DNA of 58,013 nt from a virus. Taxonomy: Duplodnaviria > Caudoviricetes. The notes under the pieces are model-generated. The model did not search any database. It was given only the letters and a program-made list of their open reading frames with translations, and was not told the DNA's origin. Made by a program: the position numbers and the translations under genes. The stretch spans positions 1-58,013 of the IMG/VR virus record IMGVR_UViG_3300025671_000073. The stretch is one strand, 5' to 3'. This document shows positions 1 to 11,500 of the stretch, in pieces (within the stretch, counting starts at the first letter, position 1; every line of letters starts with the position of its first letter).

Positions 1-605
1 CGGGTCTTGAAGCTACCGCCTCCCCGGGTTCCGTTACGGTCTCGACCGACGCCAACGCCAACGTAACGACGGGTAGTCTTGAAGCTACCGCCTCCCCGGG
101 TTCCGTTACGGTCTCGGCCAACGCGAATGTTTCCCCCTCGGGACTTGAAGCTACCGCCTCCCCGGGCTCCGTTACGGTCTCGACCGACGCCAACGCCAAC
201 GTAACGACGGGTAGTCTTGAAGCTACCGCCTCCCCGGGCTCCGTTACGGTCTCGACCGACGCCAACGCCAACGTAACGACGGGTAGTCTTGAAGCTACCG
301 CCTCCCCGGGTTCAGTTACGGTCTCGGCCAACGCGAATGTTTCCCCCTCGGGACTTGAAGCTACCGCCTCCCCGGGCTCCGTTACGGTCTCGGCCAACGC
401 GAATGTTTCCCCCTCGGGACTTGAAGCTACCGCCTCCCCGGGTTCAGTTACGGTCCCGGAAGACGCGAATGTTTCCCCCTCGGGACTTGAAGCCACCGCC
501 TCCCCGGGTTCAGTTACAGTCGCAATCGACGTCGACGCCCCTGTCACGGGTCTCGAGACCACCGCCTCCCCGGGTTCCGTTACGGTCTCGACCGACGCGA
601 ATGTC
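1..605 (+). repeat. coding tandem repeat, ~63-72 nt unit
   Basis: Repeated CTTGAAGCTACCGCCTCCCCGGGTTCCGTTACGGTCTCG core. Confidence 0.95.
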
Positions 606-773
606 GTTGTTCTTGGTGCACAGGCTCGCGGCCTAGTGAGCGGTGTCTTTATTTGGAGCCGACTTGATCCGGACACCAACCCCGACTGGACGCTTGTTGA
701 TCCGGACACCAACCCCGACTGGACGCTTGTTGATCCGGACACCAACCCCGACTGGACCGACGTCGCAGCCTAG
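3..773 (+). CDS. 3' part of the same repeat protein (...DPDTNPDWTLV x3, DVAA*)
   Basis: Frame from nt 3 reads GLEATASPGSVTVSTDANANVTTGS... to TAG at 771-773, with the same repeat unit as the window end. Confidence 0.85.
   Translation, partial: GLEATASPGSVTVSTDANANVTTGSLEATASPGSVTVSANANVSPSGLEATASPGSVTVSTDANANVTTGSLEATASPGSVTVSTDANANVTTGSLEATASPGSVTVSANANVSPSGLEATASPGSVTVSANANVSPSGLEATASPGSVTVPEDANVSPSGLEATASPGSVTVAIDVDAPVTGLETTASPGSVTVSTDANVVVLGAQARGLVSGVFIWSRLDPDTNPDWTLVDPDTNPDWTLVDPDTNPDWTDVAA
665..757 (+). repeat. 3 x 33-nt tandem repeat (DPDTNPDWTLV)
   Basis: TTGATCCGGACACCAACCCCGACTGGACGCTTG repeated with no spacers. Confidence 0.9.
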
Positions 774-810
774 TGTATGCTGCGCAGCATACACTTTGAG
801 GTGATAAACC

Positions 811-2214
811 ATGCCCAGCACGTACAGTGGAAACCTGCTTCTCGAACTCATGGCCGACGGTGAAAAGGACGGCCTGTGGGGAGACATCACCAACGAGAAC
901 CTTGAGATTCTTGGCCGCGCCATCAGCGGCGTGACCACGGTTTCGCTGGCAGGCACCACCCACACTCTAACCGTGAGCCAAGGTTCACTGTCCGAGGGCC
1001 ACTACGCAGTTCTCGAGCTGGGTGGTTCGCCCACCGGCACCAACACGATTACCATCAGCCCCAACACCGTTGCCCGCGTCTATATTGTGAACAACGGCTC
1101 CGGGCAGGATGCTGTGTTTACGCAGGGTTCCGGCGGCAACGTAACAGTGGCCGACGGCGATGGTGCAATCATTTACTGCGACGGGGCCGGGGCCGGAGCA
1201 AAGGTCACAGACGTCACCGCCGCCCTGACCTTTATGCTTGGCTCAAATAACCTGTCTGACGTGTCCGATGCCGCCGCCTCGTTGGTAAATCTTGGGCTTA
1301 CTGCAACTGCGGCGGAACTCAACAAGGTCGATGGTTTTACCGGGACGTTTGAGGATTTGAACTACGCAAAGGATTTGCGTGCCACGGGCGTCACGGCTGC
1401 CGAGTTTGACACTCTCGACGGTTTTACTGGAACCGTCAACGATCTGAACTACGCAAAGGATTTGCGTGCCACGGGCGTCACCACCACTGAGTTTGATAAA
1501 CTGGACGGCGTAACGTGGACCTTGGTCGACTACAACACCCTGACATCCACCGCCGCTGAACTCAATCTTCTTGACGGTAAGACGCTGTCCGGATCGGACA
1601 CGCAAATTGTGACGGGGACCGCCGGAACGGACGGCGACATCGTAAAATGGAACGCCGACGGAGACCTCGTGTCTTATGGCGCGGCTACGCAGGCCGAGGC
1701 GACTTGGGAGGCCGGAACCGGAACGACCGAAAGCCTCGTCAGCCCGGCCAAAATAAAGGCGGCGATTGATGCTAATAAACCATCCACAACCGCTACAGCC
1801 ACCCTGTCTGGGACCGCGGTTGATTTCACGTCTTTGCCAACAGGACTGAGCCGTGTGTGGGTAGTGTTTAAGGATTGTAGTGTTAGCACTAGCAGTATGT
1901 CTATTCAGCTTTCTACCGGCTCAACTTTTGCAACTTCGGGCTACAATAGCACGTACGTTTTTAATACAGGGGTAACAACGCGCACCGACATGTTTTTAGC
2001 CGGCATATCTACCACTGGTTTTAACGGTGTGTATGAGTTTTTCAAAATACCTGAAACCGACGAGTGGGTTGGTAGCTTAGGCGGTGCAGGCGCACAATTT
2101 TATACTGCGGGCGGCAGGTCCCCCGACCTCGGAGGAGCTTTAGACGGTATTCGTATTACCTCTATAACGGGGTCTGCTACGCTTAGCGGCGAAGTAGTTG
2201 TGTATTATACTTGA
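811..2214 (+). CDS. tail fibre protein
   Basis: Phage fibre-type N-terminus, internal 29-aa repeats (DGFTGTxxDLNYAKDLRATGVT) and a more AT-rich C-terminal domain. Confidence 0.75.
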   Translation: MPSTYSGNLLLELMADGEKDGLWGDITNENLEILGRAISGVTTVSLAGTTHTLTVSQGSLSEGHYAVLELGGSPTGTNTITISPNTVARVYIVNNGSGQDAVFTQGSGGNVTVADGDGAIIYCDGAGAGAKVTDVTAALTFMLGSNNLSDVSDAAASLVNLGLTATAAELNKVDGFTGTFEDLNYAKDLRATGVTAAEFDTLDGFTGTVNDLNYAKDLRATGVTTTEFDKLDGVTWTLVDYNTLTSTAAELNLLDGKTLSGSDTQIVTGTAGTDGDIVKWNADGDLVSYGAATQAEATWEAGTGTTESLVSPAKIKAAIDANKPSTTATATLSGTAVDFTSLPTGLSRVWVVFKDCSVSTSSMSIQLSTGSTFATSGYNSTYVFNTGVTTRTDMFLAGISTTGFNGVYEFFKIPETDEWVGSLGGAGAQFYTAGGRSPDLGGALDGIRITSITGSATLSGEVVVYYT

Positions 2215-2222
2215 GATGACTA

Positions 2223-4142
2223 ATGCCGCTTTCTAAACTGCAATTTCGCCCCGGCCTCGTGAAGGACGCGACGGATTACGCCAACGAGGGCGGTTGGTTT
2301 GACGCCAACAAGGTGCGTTTCCGGTTGGGGTTTCCGGAAAAAATTGGCGGCTGGCAAAAGCTGTCCTCTAGTTCATTTTTAGGCGTCTGCCGACGTCTGA
2401 TCTCGTGGAACGCGCTTTCTGGCCAGCTCAACATTGGCGTCGGTACAAACCTGAAATACTATGTCAACCAAGGTGGCCAGTATTACGACATCACCCCGGT
2501 CCGAGACACGACCGCCGCGGGCGACGTAACCTTTAGCGCAACCGACGGCTCGTCGACTATCACCGTGACGGACACCGCCCATGGCGCTCTGGCCACAGAC
2601 TTTGTGATCTTCAGCGGCGCCGTCAGTCTCGGCGGCACCATCACCGCAGACGTGCTGAACCAAGAGTATCAGGTTGTCAGCGTCGTTGACGCTGACACAT
2701 ACACGATAACGGCCCGTACGGCCGGAACCTCAATCTCCAGCATTACCGTCGACGGAGAGCTCGACCCAACCCCTGTTGTCGCCAACTCTTCGGACACCGG
2801 CAACGGCGGTGCTTCGGTTGTAGGAACGTATTTGCTAAACCGCACGCTGGACACCACGGTTCTCGGCACTGGTTGGGGTGCTGGTGCATGGGCCCGTGGC
2901 ACGTGGGGTTCTTCTGCCTCCACCCCGATTGTGGCGTCCCAAATCTCGCTTTGGTCGCATGATTTGTTCGGAGAGGATTTGATCATCAACCAACGTGGGG
3001 GTCCTCTCTACTATTGGGATACCAGCGTGGGAACCAGTAGCCGCGCGGTCCTCGTGTCGTCTTTGGGTGGCGCATCGGATGTTCCAGCGCAGGTCAACCA
3101 AGTCATGGTTTCGGACCGGGACAGGCACGTCATTGCGTTTGGTGCCGTGCCGCAGGGTGGCACGGACCTCGATCCAATGCTTATTCGGTTTTCCGATCAA
3201 GGAGACCCGGCTGACTGGACTGCAACCTCCACCAACACAGCGGGGGACTTGGTCCTCGGTACGGGGTCCGAGATCGTACGGGCTGTTGAAACACGTCAGC
3301 AAACGCTGGTTTTGACAGACAAAGCCGTCTACGCGATGCAGTTCCTCGGACCGCCATTTACGTTTGGCGTCACTCGGCTTTCGGCCAATACCAGCATCAT
3401 CGCTCCTACGGCAGCGGTGGCGATTGACGACACCGTGATCTGGATGGGCGAAGAAGAGTTTTTTATCTACGACGGCACGGTCAAGCCTTTGCCCTGCCCT
3501 GTTCTTGAATACGTGTTTGACACCATGGACCGAGCCCAGCCTTTCAAGGTGGCCTGCGGATCCAACACCGCCTTTGGGGAGGTGTGGTGGCACTATCCCT
3601 GCTCAATCAGCAGCGAGTGCGATCGATACGTCGTCTATAACTACGAACAAAACATCTGGTACACCGGCACCATGGGCCGCACAGCATGGCTGGATCGAGT
3701 GGACAAAAACAGGCCATTGGCTGCAGCGATGGACGGCTACCTCTACTACCACGAAACTGGCAGTGACGACGGCTCGACCAACCCGCCATCTGGTATTCAT
3801 GCCTATATTGAGTCCAGTCCAATCGACGTTGAAGACGGGGACCGGTGGACGGTGATCAACCAGTTGGTTCCGGATGTGACATTCCGTGACTCTGAAAGTC
3901 AAACCGCCTCTGTGGAGATGACCCTGAAAGCATATGACCACCCGGGAGAGGTGGTGCAGGCCACTGAAACGGGTAGTGTGATCCGATCCGCGGGTGGAAC
4001 TGTGGACACATACACGGACAAGCTGGACGTTCGGCTGAATGGACGTGCGTTTAGCCTACGGGTTGAGTCCACTGACCCGGGTGTATCTTGGAGATCAGGG
4101 GCGGTGAGGGTTGAGATTCTTCCCAATAAAGGGCGCCGCTGA
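2223..4142 (+). CDS. tail nozzle / packaged-DNA stabilisation protein (P22 gp10-like)
   Basis: 639 aa, beta-rich, lying between the fibres and the ejection proteins. Confidence 0.7.
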   Translation: MPLSKLQFRPGLVKDATDYANEGGWFDANKVRFRLGFPEKIGGWQKLSSSSFLGVCRRLISWNALSGQLNIGVGTNLKYYVNQGGQYYDITPVRDTTAAGDVTFSATDGSSTITVTDTAHGALATDFVIFSGAVSLGGTITADVLNQEYQVVSVVDADTYTITARTAGTSISSITVDGELDPTPVVANSSDTGNGGASVVGTYLLNRTLDTTVLGTGWGAGAWARGTWGSSASTPIVASQISLWSHDLFGEDLIINQRGGPLYYWDTSVGTSSRAVLVSSLGGASDVPAQVNQVMVSDRDRHVIAFGAVPQGGTDLDPMLIRFSDQGDPADWTATSTNTAGDLVLGTGSEIVRAVETRQQTLVLTDKAVYAMQFLGPPFTFGVTRLSANTSIIAPTAAVAIDDTVIWMGEEEFFIYDGTVKPLPCPVLEYVFDTMDRAQPFKVACGSNTAFGEVWWHYPCSISSECDRYVVYNYEQNIWYTGTMGRTAWLDRVDKNRPLAAAMDGYLYYHETGSDDGSTNPPSGIHAYIESSPIDVEDGDRWTVINQLVPDVTFRDSESQTASVEMTLKAYDHPGEVVQATETGSVIRSAGGTVDTYTDKLDVRLNGRAFSLRVESTDPGVSWRSGAVRVEILPNKGRR

Positions 4143-4369
4143 TGTCCCGTAACCTACCCCTTCCTTACTTCGCGGTGCCGCCGGCCGAATACAGCCAGCG
4201 GTATTTTGACGAACTGGTTCGGTCGATCGCCACCTATATGCAGCAAGAGCGAAATCCCGGCGAAGGCCGGTTCACAAAGGTCGTGCTTACGGATCTGCCG
4301 ACGTCGGCCACGGGCCTAGAACCGGGAACCCTTTGGAATGATTCTGGCACAGTAAAGGTAGTAACATGA
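4142..4369 (+). CDS. small virion protein
   Basis: Coupled start/stop; C-terminal LPTSATGLEPGTLWND motif typical of tail proteins. Confidence 0.7.
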   Translation: MSRNLPLPYFAVPPAEYSQRYFDELVRSIATYMQQERNPGEGRFTKVVLTDLPTSATGLEPGTLWNDSGTVKVVT

Positions 4370-4554
4370 AACCAAGCTCAAGCATCAACCTTATTCACTG
4401 CGACCACTGCGATAACGCGGTTGATACCCCCGAGGAACACGCGTCCTACCCCGACGGTCAGTGCCCAGAGTGCAAAAACCCGTGGACAGGTGCTGAACGC
4501 ACCGGAGTTCGGATTTTTGCGACTGTCCCCGAGGCAGCAGACGGCCAAGCCTAG
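4366..4554 (+). CDS. small zinc-ribbon protein
   Basis: CDHC...CPEC motif; coupled to the upstream ORF. Confidence 0.6.
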   Translation: MKPSSSINLIHCDHCDNAVDTPEEHASYPDGQCPECKNPWTGAERTGVRIFATVPEAADGQA

Positions 4555-4607
4555 CAAGACTGCAACGGCTCTGCTATACTGCCTGAGACAACAACCAAGG
4601 TGCGTAC

Positions 4608-5564
4608 ATGCCCCTCCCTATTCTTGCTCCCATTATTGGCGGTCTGATCGGAACAGCCGCGGCTCCGGCCATTGGCATGAGCACGGCACTGGCGGCTGGT
4701 CTGGGCAGTTTTGTTGGCGGTCTGGCCGCCGGGCAAAACCCGGGGCAAGCTGCACTGGGGGGCATCATGGGCGCGTTGGTCCCGGGTATCGCAGGCGCTG
4801 CAGGCAAGGGAGCACAAGCGGCTGCCAGCGCGGGAGCACAGGCGGCGCCGCAAATGGCGGCAGGGGAAATTGCCAAGCAGACGATCGCCAGCTCCGCTGC
4901 GCCGGCGGCCACACAGCAAGCCCTTACCGAGGCTACAAAGAAAGCGATTGATCCGGGCAAGGCCATCGAATTGGCCTCCACCCTTATAAGTGGGGGTCAG
5001 GAAGAGCAGCGTCAGGCACCTCCGCCGGGTCCCATGCGGATGCGTCTTGGCGAGGGTCAGGCCCCCAGTAGTGCAGACGCCATGTCAAACTTTGCGTCGG
5101 CCCCGGTGTCAAACTTTGCGTCGGCCCCCGTTGCGATCGAACCGGTGCTGCCTCCAACAGGGGTCCAACGGATTCCTCTTCAACCTGTCTCGGCAGGGGT
5201 TGGGTCTTTGGCCGTTGGCGAACTTGAGCGGCGCGGGCTTAACACCCTGCCAAACCTGAGCGATCGCGAAGAAACCTACCGCATGGCTGTAAGGGAATTT
5301 GCTCGGGGCGGCTTGATCCGCGGTCCGGGGACCGGGACCAGCGACGACATCGACGGGATGATCTATCAAAGTGGTCGGCCGGTGGAACACATCAAAGTCT
5401 CCAACGGTGAGGTCATCCTGTCGAAGAAAGACTTGGCGGCTGCCGATCCGGACGGGGATGCGGATCGAGCGGCCGAACTTATCGGAAACGCACCCAACGG
5501 CACGAGGGCCAAGAAGGCCGCGCAGATGCTGATGGGAATGCCTGAATTTAGAGGAGTGGGCTGA
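4608..5564 (+). CDS. putative internal virion / ejection protein
   Basis: Hydrophobic Gly/Ala-rich N-terminus; FARGGLIRGPGTGTSDDI...VSNGE motif. Confidence 0.65.
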   Translation: MPLPILAPIIGGLIGTAAAPAIGMSTALAAGLGSFVGGLAAGQNPGQAALGGIMGALVPGIAGAAGKGAQAAASAGAQAAPQMAAGEIAKQTIASSAAPAATQQALTEATKKAIDPGKAIELASTLISGGQEEQRQAPPPGPMRMRLGEGQAPSSADAMSNFASAPVSNFASAPVAIEPVLPPTGVQRIPLQPVSAGVGSLAVGELERRGLNTLPNLSDREETYRMAVREFARGGLIRGPGTGTSDDIDGMIYQSGRPVEHIKVSNGEVILSKKDLAAADPDGDADRAAELIGNAPNGTRAKKAAQMLMGMPEFRGVG

Positions 5565-6682
5565 TGTGCGGTGGTGGGGGCGGCGGCCAGCCGTCGACAA
5601 CAACTCAGATCCAGCAGCTGCCTTTGGCGGCTCGACCGTTTCTTTACGGTGGCGAGGGCTACGCAGGCCTGCTTCCGCTAGCCTACGAGCTTTCGCAACA
5701 GCCCCTGCAGCTTCCGGACTACATGGTGGCTGCTCGCACGCCCACGCAAGTGGCAGCGGAGACGATGGCTCGAGAGGCGCGCGGGAGCTATGAGCCTTCG
5801 ATCGCCGCCGGTGAAGCTCTAACCGGCACCGGGGTTATGGCGACCGAAGAGGCCGGCCGGTTAGCCGGATCCGAGCTAGAGGCTGCTCAAGCAGAACGGC
5901 GCGCGGCCCGTGAAGCCATGACCGCGGGCCTTGGCTCTTTGGAAGGCACCGGCGCAGAATATGACCCGGCTTCTGTTGCGGCGTATATGAGTCCGTATCA
6001 ACAGCAGGCGATTGATGTTGCGCTCGGGGACATTGCGCGGCAGGGGCAGCTACAGCTAAATGAGGCACGAGCTGATGCGGTTCGTTCCGGCGCGTTTGGA
6101 GGTGCTCGTTCCGGATTGGCAGAAGCAGAGGTTGGCCGCAACATCCTCAGTCAGCAGGGTGCGACAGCAGCCAGAATGCGGCAAGAGGGTTTTGCAGATG
6201 CCGCGCGGCGCTCGCAGGAAGCTTTCGAACAGGCGCAACTTAGGCGGCAGCAGGCTGCGGCAACCGCGTCCGGCATCGGGTCTCAGCTGGGCGGACTTGG
6301 CACAAGTTTCGGGCAGCTGGGGCAGCAGGCCGCCAGCAACATCGCTGGGTTTGGTCAAGGCCTCGGCGCCCTTGGGGCGCAGATGGCCGGGTTTGGCTTG
6401 CAGCGTCAGGGACAGCAATTGCAGGACATCAACACGGCGATGACAATCGGCCAACAGCAGCAGGCGCAGGAGCAGGCCTACCTCGACGCCGCGCGCCAGA
6501 ATCAATATCAAGCGACGATGGCTCCGTATCAACAACTTGGGTTCTTCTCGGATATCTTCCAAGGCGCGCCCACCGGCACCAGCGCCATCGTGCAACAGCC
6601 GCAGTCAAGCCCCAATATGCTGTCGCAGATCGGGGGCCTCGGCCTCGGCGCCTACGGCTTGTACAAATCCGGCTTGTTTTAG
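5564..6682 (+). CDS. putative DNA pilot / ejection protein
   Basis: Gln/Ala/Gly-rich, YMSPY and GAFGGARS motifs, hydrophobic C-terminus, N-terminal MCGGGGGG. Confidence 0.7.
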   Translation: MCGGGGGGQPSTTTQIQQLPLAARPFLYGGEGYAGLLPLAYELSQQPLQLPDYMVAARTPTQVAAETMAREARGSYEPSIAAGEALTGTGVMATEEAGRLAGSELEAAQAERRAAREAMTAGLGSLEGTGAEYDPASVAAYMSPYQQQAIDVALGDIARQGQLQLNEARADAVRSGAFGGARSGLAEAEVGRNILSQQGATAARMRQEGFADAARRSQEAFEQAQLRRQQAAATASGIGSQLGGLGTSFGQLGQQAASNIAGFGQGLGALGAQMAGFGLQRQGQQLQDINTAMTIGQQQQAQEQAYLDAARQNQYQATMAPYQQLGFFSDIFQGAPTGTSAIVQQPQSSPNMLSQIGGLGLGAYGLYKSGLF

Positions 6683-6694
6683 GGGGGACGCAAC

Positions 6695-8530
6695 ATGCCC
6701 TATGACGCAAGAAACAAACTCCGCAGCATGGGCGGCATCATGGCGTCGTCACCTGAACTCATGCAGGCGGCGGCGCAGCGGTTTAATAATGGCGGCATTG
6801 CAATGACCACGGCGCCGATGGCGCCGGTGCGCCCCGCCGTGCAGTACAACGACATCATGCGCCCGCAGATGGAACCACCGGTCGTGGGCCTTGGGCGTGT
6901 GACGCCGGTGCGACCGGCGGGGCTGCCCGATCGTCTTCCCGCAGGCCTTGCAAACTTCAGCATGCAGGACTGGCGAAAAATGACTCGACAGCAGCGGAAA
7001 GCCGCGGGTCTTCCCGTCAGCGAACTTGGCGGCCAGCTTTTCTTTGATCGATTTGGGGTCGGTTTGGGGCTCGTGGAACCAGATACGCGATACACCTCTG
7101 AGGGTCCGGTGGAGACGGAGGCAGAACGGTTGATGGCGGGGAGTTCCGCAATGTACTCTCTGGGCCAGCAAAACACGAGGGATATCCTCTCTCTTCCGGA
7201 GGTAATAGTTGGCGGCGTGCCGTACCGAGTTGACGTTAAAACAAAGAGTGTTTTTAGAAGCGATGGCTTCCCTGTTCGTGGCGCAGAAGCAGAGTTGGCC
7301 CTTAAACAGGCGGCGGAAGCGCTTCATGCGGCAGAAAGGGCTACCTCCTCCGCCGCTGAACGTCGAGCGGGAAAAAAACTCGAGGCCAACAAAGCTCGTT
7401 TACAAGAGCTTGAAGAGGCAAAAGTCGGCGGGGTCGCCCCAAGAAGCAGCGCAGCGGCGGAAGAGGAAGCCGCGCTTAAGGAAGAAAACCGCGCACTCGG
7501 TCGTGAACTGGGATCATTTGCATCGGCGGAAGATACGGTCATGGCTCAAGAAGTCGCTCCCTCAATGACGCCGGAACAGATGACCGAAGAGGGCCGTAAG
7601 GCCTTGGAGGGCCTTGTACCTCCAAAGTCCGAAGACCCAGCCGAAGCTGAAAAGATTGCACAAGATGCGATGTCCGTGCTCCTGAGAACTCAGCAGCCCA
7701 CGGGCGACGGGGGCGACGGGGGAGGCGGGGGAGGCGGCGACGGTGAAGAAGCTCCGGCAAAATCCTTGGAGGACTACTACAAGGATGCGCGGGCCTTGAT
7801 CTCCAAGGTCTATGGAGAAGAGGACGACGGCGTCGACAACCGCATGATGGACCTTGCCATGATCGGCCTCGCCATTGCCGCGGGCCAAAGTCCCAACGCC
7901 CTGACCAACATCGCCCAAGGCCTGTTGGTGGGAACGCAAGGTATTGCAGAACGGCGCGAGGCCGAACGTGAACGGGAGCGCGGGCTTCGGACCTTGGCTC
8001 TTGAGACGGCAATCGCACAGCAGACTGCGGCGACGAAGGCCGAACGTGAAGCGGCGCGTATGGACGTCGAGCAGCAGAACAGACTGGAGCTGGAGCGGGA
8101 AAAAGCGCGGCTGGGCGCTTACCGCGGCTCTTCTGGAAGCAGTGGTTATGAGGCGGTTCCCCGGGTTGCTGAGCAAGCGATTACGACTGCCACAGAACTT
8201 CGCGATGGGGTGGCTGCCGGATCCATTAGAATTCCTGATCAGTACAAGGATAACCCAGAAGCGTTTATCACAAACGAGCGAAACAAAGAGATGCTCAACT
8301 ACATTGAAGGGCTCAGTATTGAGGGTCAAATCACAGACCCCCGTCAATACGCGGCTCTTGGTCAGATGTACATGTATCGAGATGTCGACCCGGAAGACCC
8401 CGAAGCGGGACAATTCCCCGTGGTGCGAAGCGAACGAGAACTCGGCTTTATCCTTCCGGGCCAGTCATATTTGAGATACAATCCAAGCACGGGCAAATAC
8501 ACGCGCGAGACAAAGCCGGCTTCGGAATGA
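6695..8530 (+). CDS. putative ejection protein
   Basis: 611 aa, coiled-coil-like, with LAMIGLAIAAGQSPNALTNIAQG segment; lies in the ejection-protein block. Confidence 0.6.
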   Translation: MPYDARNKLRSMGGIMASSPELMQAAAQRFNNGGIAMTTAPMAPVRPAVQYNDIMRPQMEPPVVGLGRVTPVRPAGLPDRLPAGLANFSMQDWRKMTRQQRKAAGLPVSELGGQLFFDRFGVGLGLVEPDTRYTSEGPVETEAERLMAGSSAMYSLGQQNTRDILSLPEVIVGGVPYRVDVKTKSVFRSDGFPVRGAEAELALKQAAEALHAAERATSSAAERRAGKKLEANKARLQELEEAKVGGVAPRSSAAAEEEAALKEENRALGRELGSFASAEDTVMAQEVAPSMTPEQMTEEGRKALEGLVPPKSEDPAEAEKIAQDAMSVLLRTQQPTGDGGDGGGGGGGDGEEAPAKSLEDYYKDARALISKVYGEEDDGVDNRMMDLAMIGLAIAAGQSPNALTNIAQGLLVGTQGIAERREAERERERGLRTLALETAIAQQTAATKAEREAARMDVEQQNRLELEREKARLGAYRGSSGSSGYEAVPRVAEQAITTATELRDGVAAGSIRIPDQYKDNPEAFITNERNKEMLNYIEGLSIEGQITDPRQYAALGQMYMYRDVDPEDPEAGQFPVVRSERELGFILPGQSYLRYNPSTGKYTRETKPASE

Positions 8531-8541
8531 GGGCTATCTGA

Positions 8542-11500
8542 ATGGACGAGGATTTTATACCGCCGGGCGCGTTGACCGGAGGCCCAAGCCTCGACCAAAC
8601 CCCTTCAGCCGAAGACTTTATCCCGGCAGGGGCGGTGGCAGGCGATGCCATGTCAGGTGAAACCGCAGAGGACCAGCCAAGCGCTATTGCAGAGTTTGCT
8701 CGCGGGGTCGCGTCTGCTCCGGTTGAGTTTGCCCGAGGCTTGGGGGAGCTGGCCGCCCTCGGCATAGATGCTGCGTTTGACACAGACTACGTCGACGATG
8801 TGTCGGCTGCGTTTGATGCGGCGGATCGTTTTGTTGGTACTCCCACGACACCCGTCGGCACCACCACCCGAGACCTACTGGTGTTTGGTGCGGGCGCCAT
8901 TCCTATTGCAGGATGGATCGGGCGTGCCGGGCAGGTCGCAAAGACCGGTAGGGGCCTCGGTGCTACGAGCAGGTTTATGAAGTCCGCCGAAAGCTTTGGA
9001 CGTTCCAAGGCTGGTAAACAGCTACTTGGCAACCGAGCCAAGGTCCTTGGTGCAACGGCCTTGGCCTCCGGTGTTTATGACGCCGTGGTGTCCTCCGCTG
9101 GTCGTTCGACTCTATCCGACCAGTTCGAGTTTTTGCCGGAGGCGTTGAAGACCGAAAAAGACACGGGACTAACTGGTCGAGAAGAGGCCTTTCGCCAATT
9201 CCGGAACCGGGCACGTCAGGGCGCAGAAGCGGCGGCACTAAGCTCAGTTTTTGACACCGCCCTGCTGGGCCTTGGTCGTGGGTCAAGGACCCTCGGCAGC
9301 GCCCCTGTCATCGGCCCCGCACTTTCCGGCACTGCCCGCGCCACACTCAAGGGCTGGGACATTCTCGGGACGTATGCAGGCAAGCTTCCCGGCGCCGAAA
9401 CGGTCAAAAAGCAAGCGGTCCGATATTTCGCACCCGGTGGTGGTTTGGCCCCTCAGATCAGGGCTAACATCCGAGAAGTGCAAGGCATATCCCGGTCGCT
9501 TCAAAATGAGATATCGAACGCGCTTTCGCGTTACGATCGCGCCAGCCGCAAGGTTGTGAAAGCCTCCGCCAAGCGGTCGGACAGGGCCGACTTCATGAAG
9601 CAGATCGAGCGGGACGTCTTGCGCTACCTAGATGCACCCACCGGCTCACCTCTGGCCACGAAGTATGGCGATGATTTTCAAAAGGCTGTAGACGATCTCG
9701 TTCAAATCGACACCGACCTAACCGACCTGTTGATCAAGAACCTAGAGGATATTGTGGGCGGCTCACCCATGGTTTCGGGAAAGGCGGGTATACCTGAAGA
9801 GATGCTGCCGCTGGGCGCGCAAAAAGAAAAAGCCCGGGCTGTTTTGGAAATCGTAAAAGCCAACCACGAAGCGGGGAAGAACCATCTGACACGGGTCTAT
9901 CAACTTTATCAGGACCCCGAACAGCTGTATCGCTCCCTCGGCGGCAAGAACCTGATGGAAAGCCCGCAGTTCAAGGCTGCGGAAGACCTGCTTGTTCGGC
10001 TGAAAAAGACAGAAGCCAAGGGTCCGATCACCGACGAGTATGCGCGTGCGGCCGCACAAAAAACGCTGCTCGACATGCTGAACTTGAAACCGATCGGTGA
10101 CGTGGACTTAACCCCCGAAGTAATTCAAAAGCAAATAAACAAAAGGTTGAATCAAATCCGCAAGGAGGTTCTCGGGGAGCAGCGCGGCGTCACCCTGCAG
10201 GACACCCCCATCTTTAAGCTTGAAAAAGGGATACTGCAGGAGCGAGTGCCCCTTATGGAATACGCCCCAGTGCGCGCATTGCTTGGGGAGTTTACCGACC
10301 CCAGAGAAAGACTGGGCTACATGCTTGATCAGATGGCCACACTCAACACCAGTCTTCGGTTCTACAACCAGCAAGCCCGTACGGCCATACCCGCAGCCGA
10401 GGGGTTGGCAAGAATTGATTCCGGCCTTCGGCCGGCATACGTTTATTTGCCCGGGGCAAAAAGCGGGAACATCGAAAAAGAGTTCGCGGATCTTTCTGTG
10501 GCCATTGGCGCAGGGAAATCAAACCAAGCGCTGCTGGACGATGCCGCCACAAAGCTGCGGGAGGAGGGTTACATCAAGCTTGGTGATGAAGACCTGAATG
10601 ACATTGCCGGCGGCCGGTTTGGCGCCTTGAGCGGCATGTACGTTCCGAAAGAGCTCTACGACAATTTGAACGCCCCGCTGCAGTTGAACATGAACCCGAT
10701 CAGTCAGGTCGGCGCCATGCTGAACCAGATGAAGGGCCTGACGCAAAAGATGACGATCGTCCCGAACCCCGCCTCTCGGGTCCGGGACATCATAGGCAAT
10801 AAACTCATGACCATCGCCAGCGGCAACACGGCGTCCGGATTTGGCCAAACCGAGAGCCAGTCTTTGCTGACAATCTTTCGGGGCCTGCAGGGTCTCGACC
10901 AAGAGGGGACGGACGCGCTGGCGAGGAAGCTCGATCTTGTCGGGGTGACAGACAGCAACGTCCTTTTGCGCACCCTGCAGGGCATCCAGAAAGAGGGTCC
11001 GAAGTTCGGGGCCCCGCAGCGCCTTCGCTCAGCCATCGAAACACTGGAGACCAAAACGCCGATCATGGCACCGATGCTGGAGTTTTTTGAGAAAACCACA
11101 CAGGGGGCGGACGCATTGGCCAAGGCGCGCGTCCTGCTGAGCGAGGAGGCAAAGTTGCGCGAGCTTGTAGGCTCCGTTGCCAATAGCGCTGACGACGAGC
11201 GCGTAGTGTTCAGCTGGCTTGAGCGTTCAGGCCTCGTGGATCGCACACGATCTGAACTGGACTTGGTCGGTGACTTGGCCGGCGCCGGGCGCGGCGGTCG
11301 CGCAAAAAGAACGCTGGACTCTTTTGAAGTGGCTGCCGCCGATAGAACGCGCAAGTTTATGCCCACGTATAGTGAGATCGGCTTGGCCGTTCGATCCGCG
11401 GACCGGCTTTTGCCTTTCGGTAACTTCACCTCCTTTGCCTCCGAAAACATCCGCAACATGGGGAACATCCTAGAGCAGGGGGTGAAGGAGCTTGCCGCGC

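Noticed and set aside
1-760. CRISPR array in the terminal repeats
   Set aside because: Units are contiguous, multiples of 3 nt, in frame, and lack unique spacers; no cas genes.
289-965. ORF-track calls 289..636, 633..965, 649..963 and 57559..57911
   Set aside because: Shadow frames of the repeat protein.
5083-5130. 24-nt tandem duplication (SNFASAPV x2)
   Set aside because: In-frame slippage in a low-complexity linker with no sign of function.
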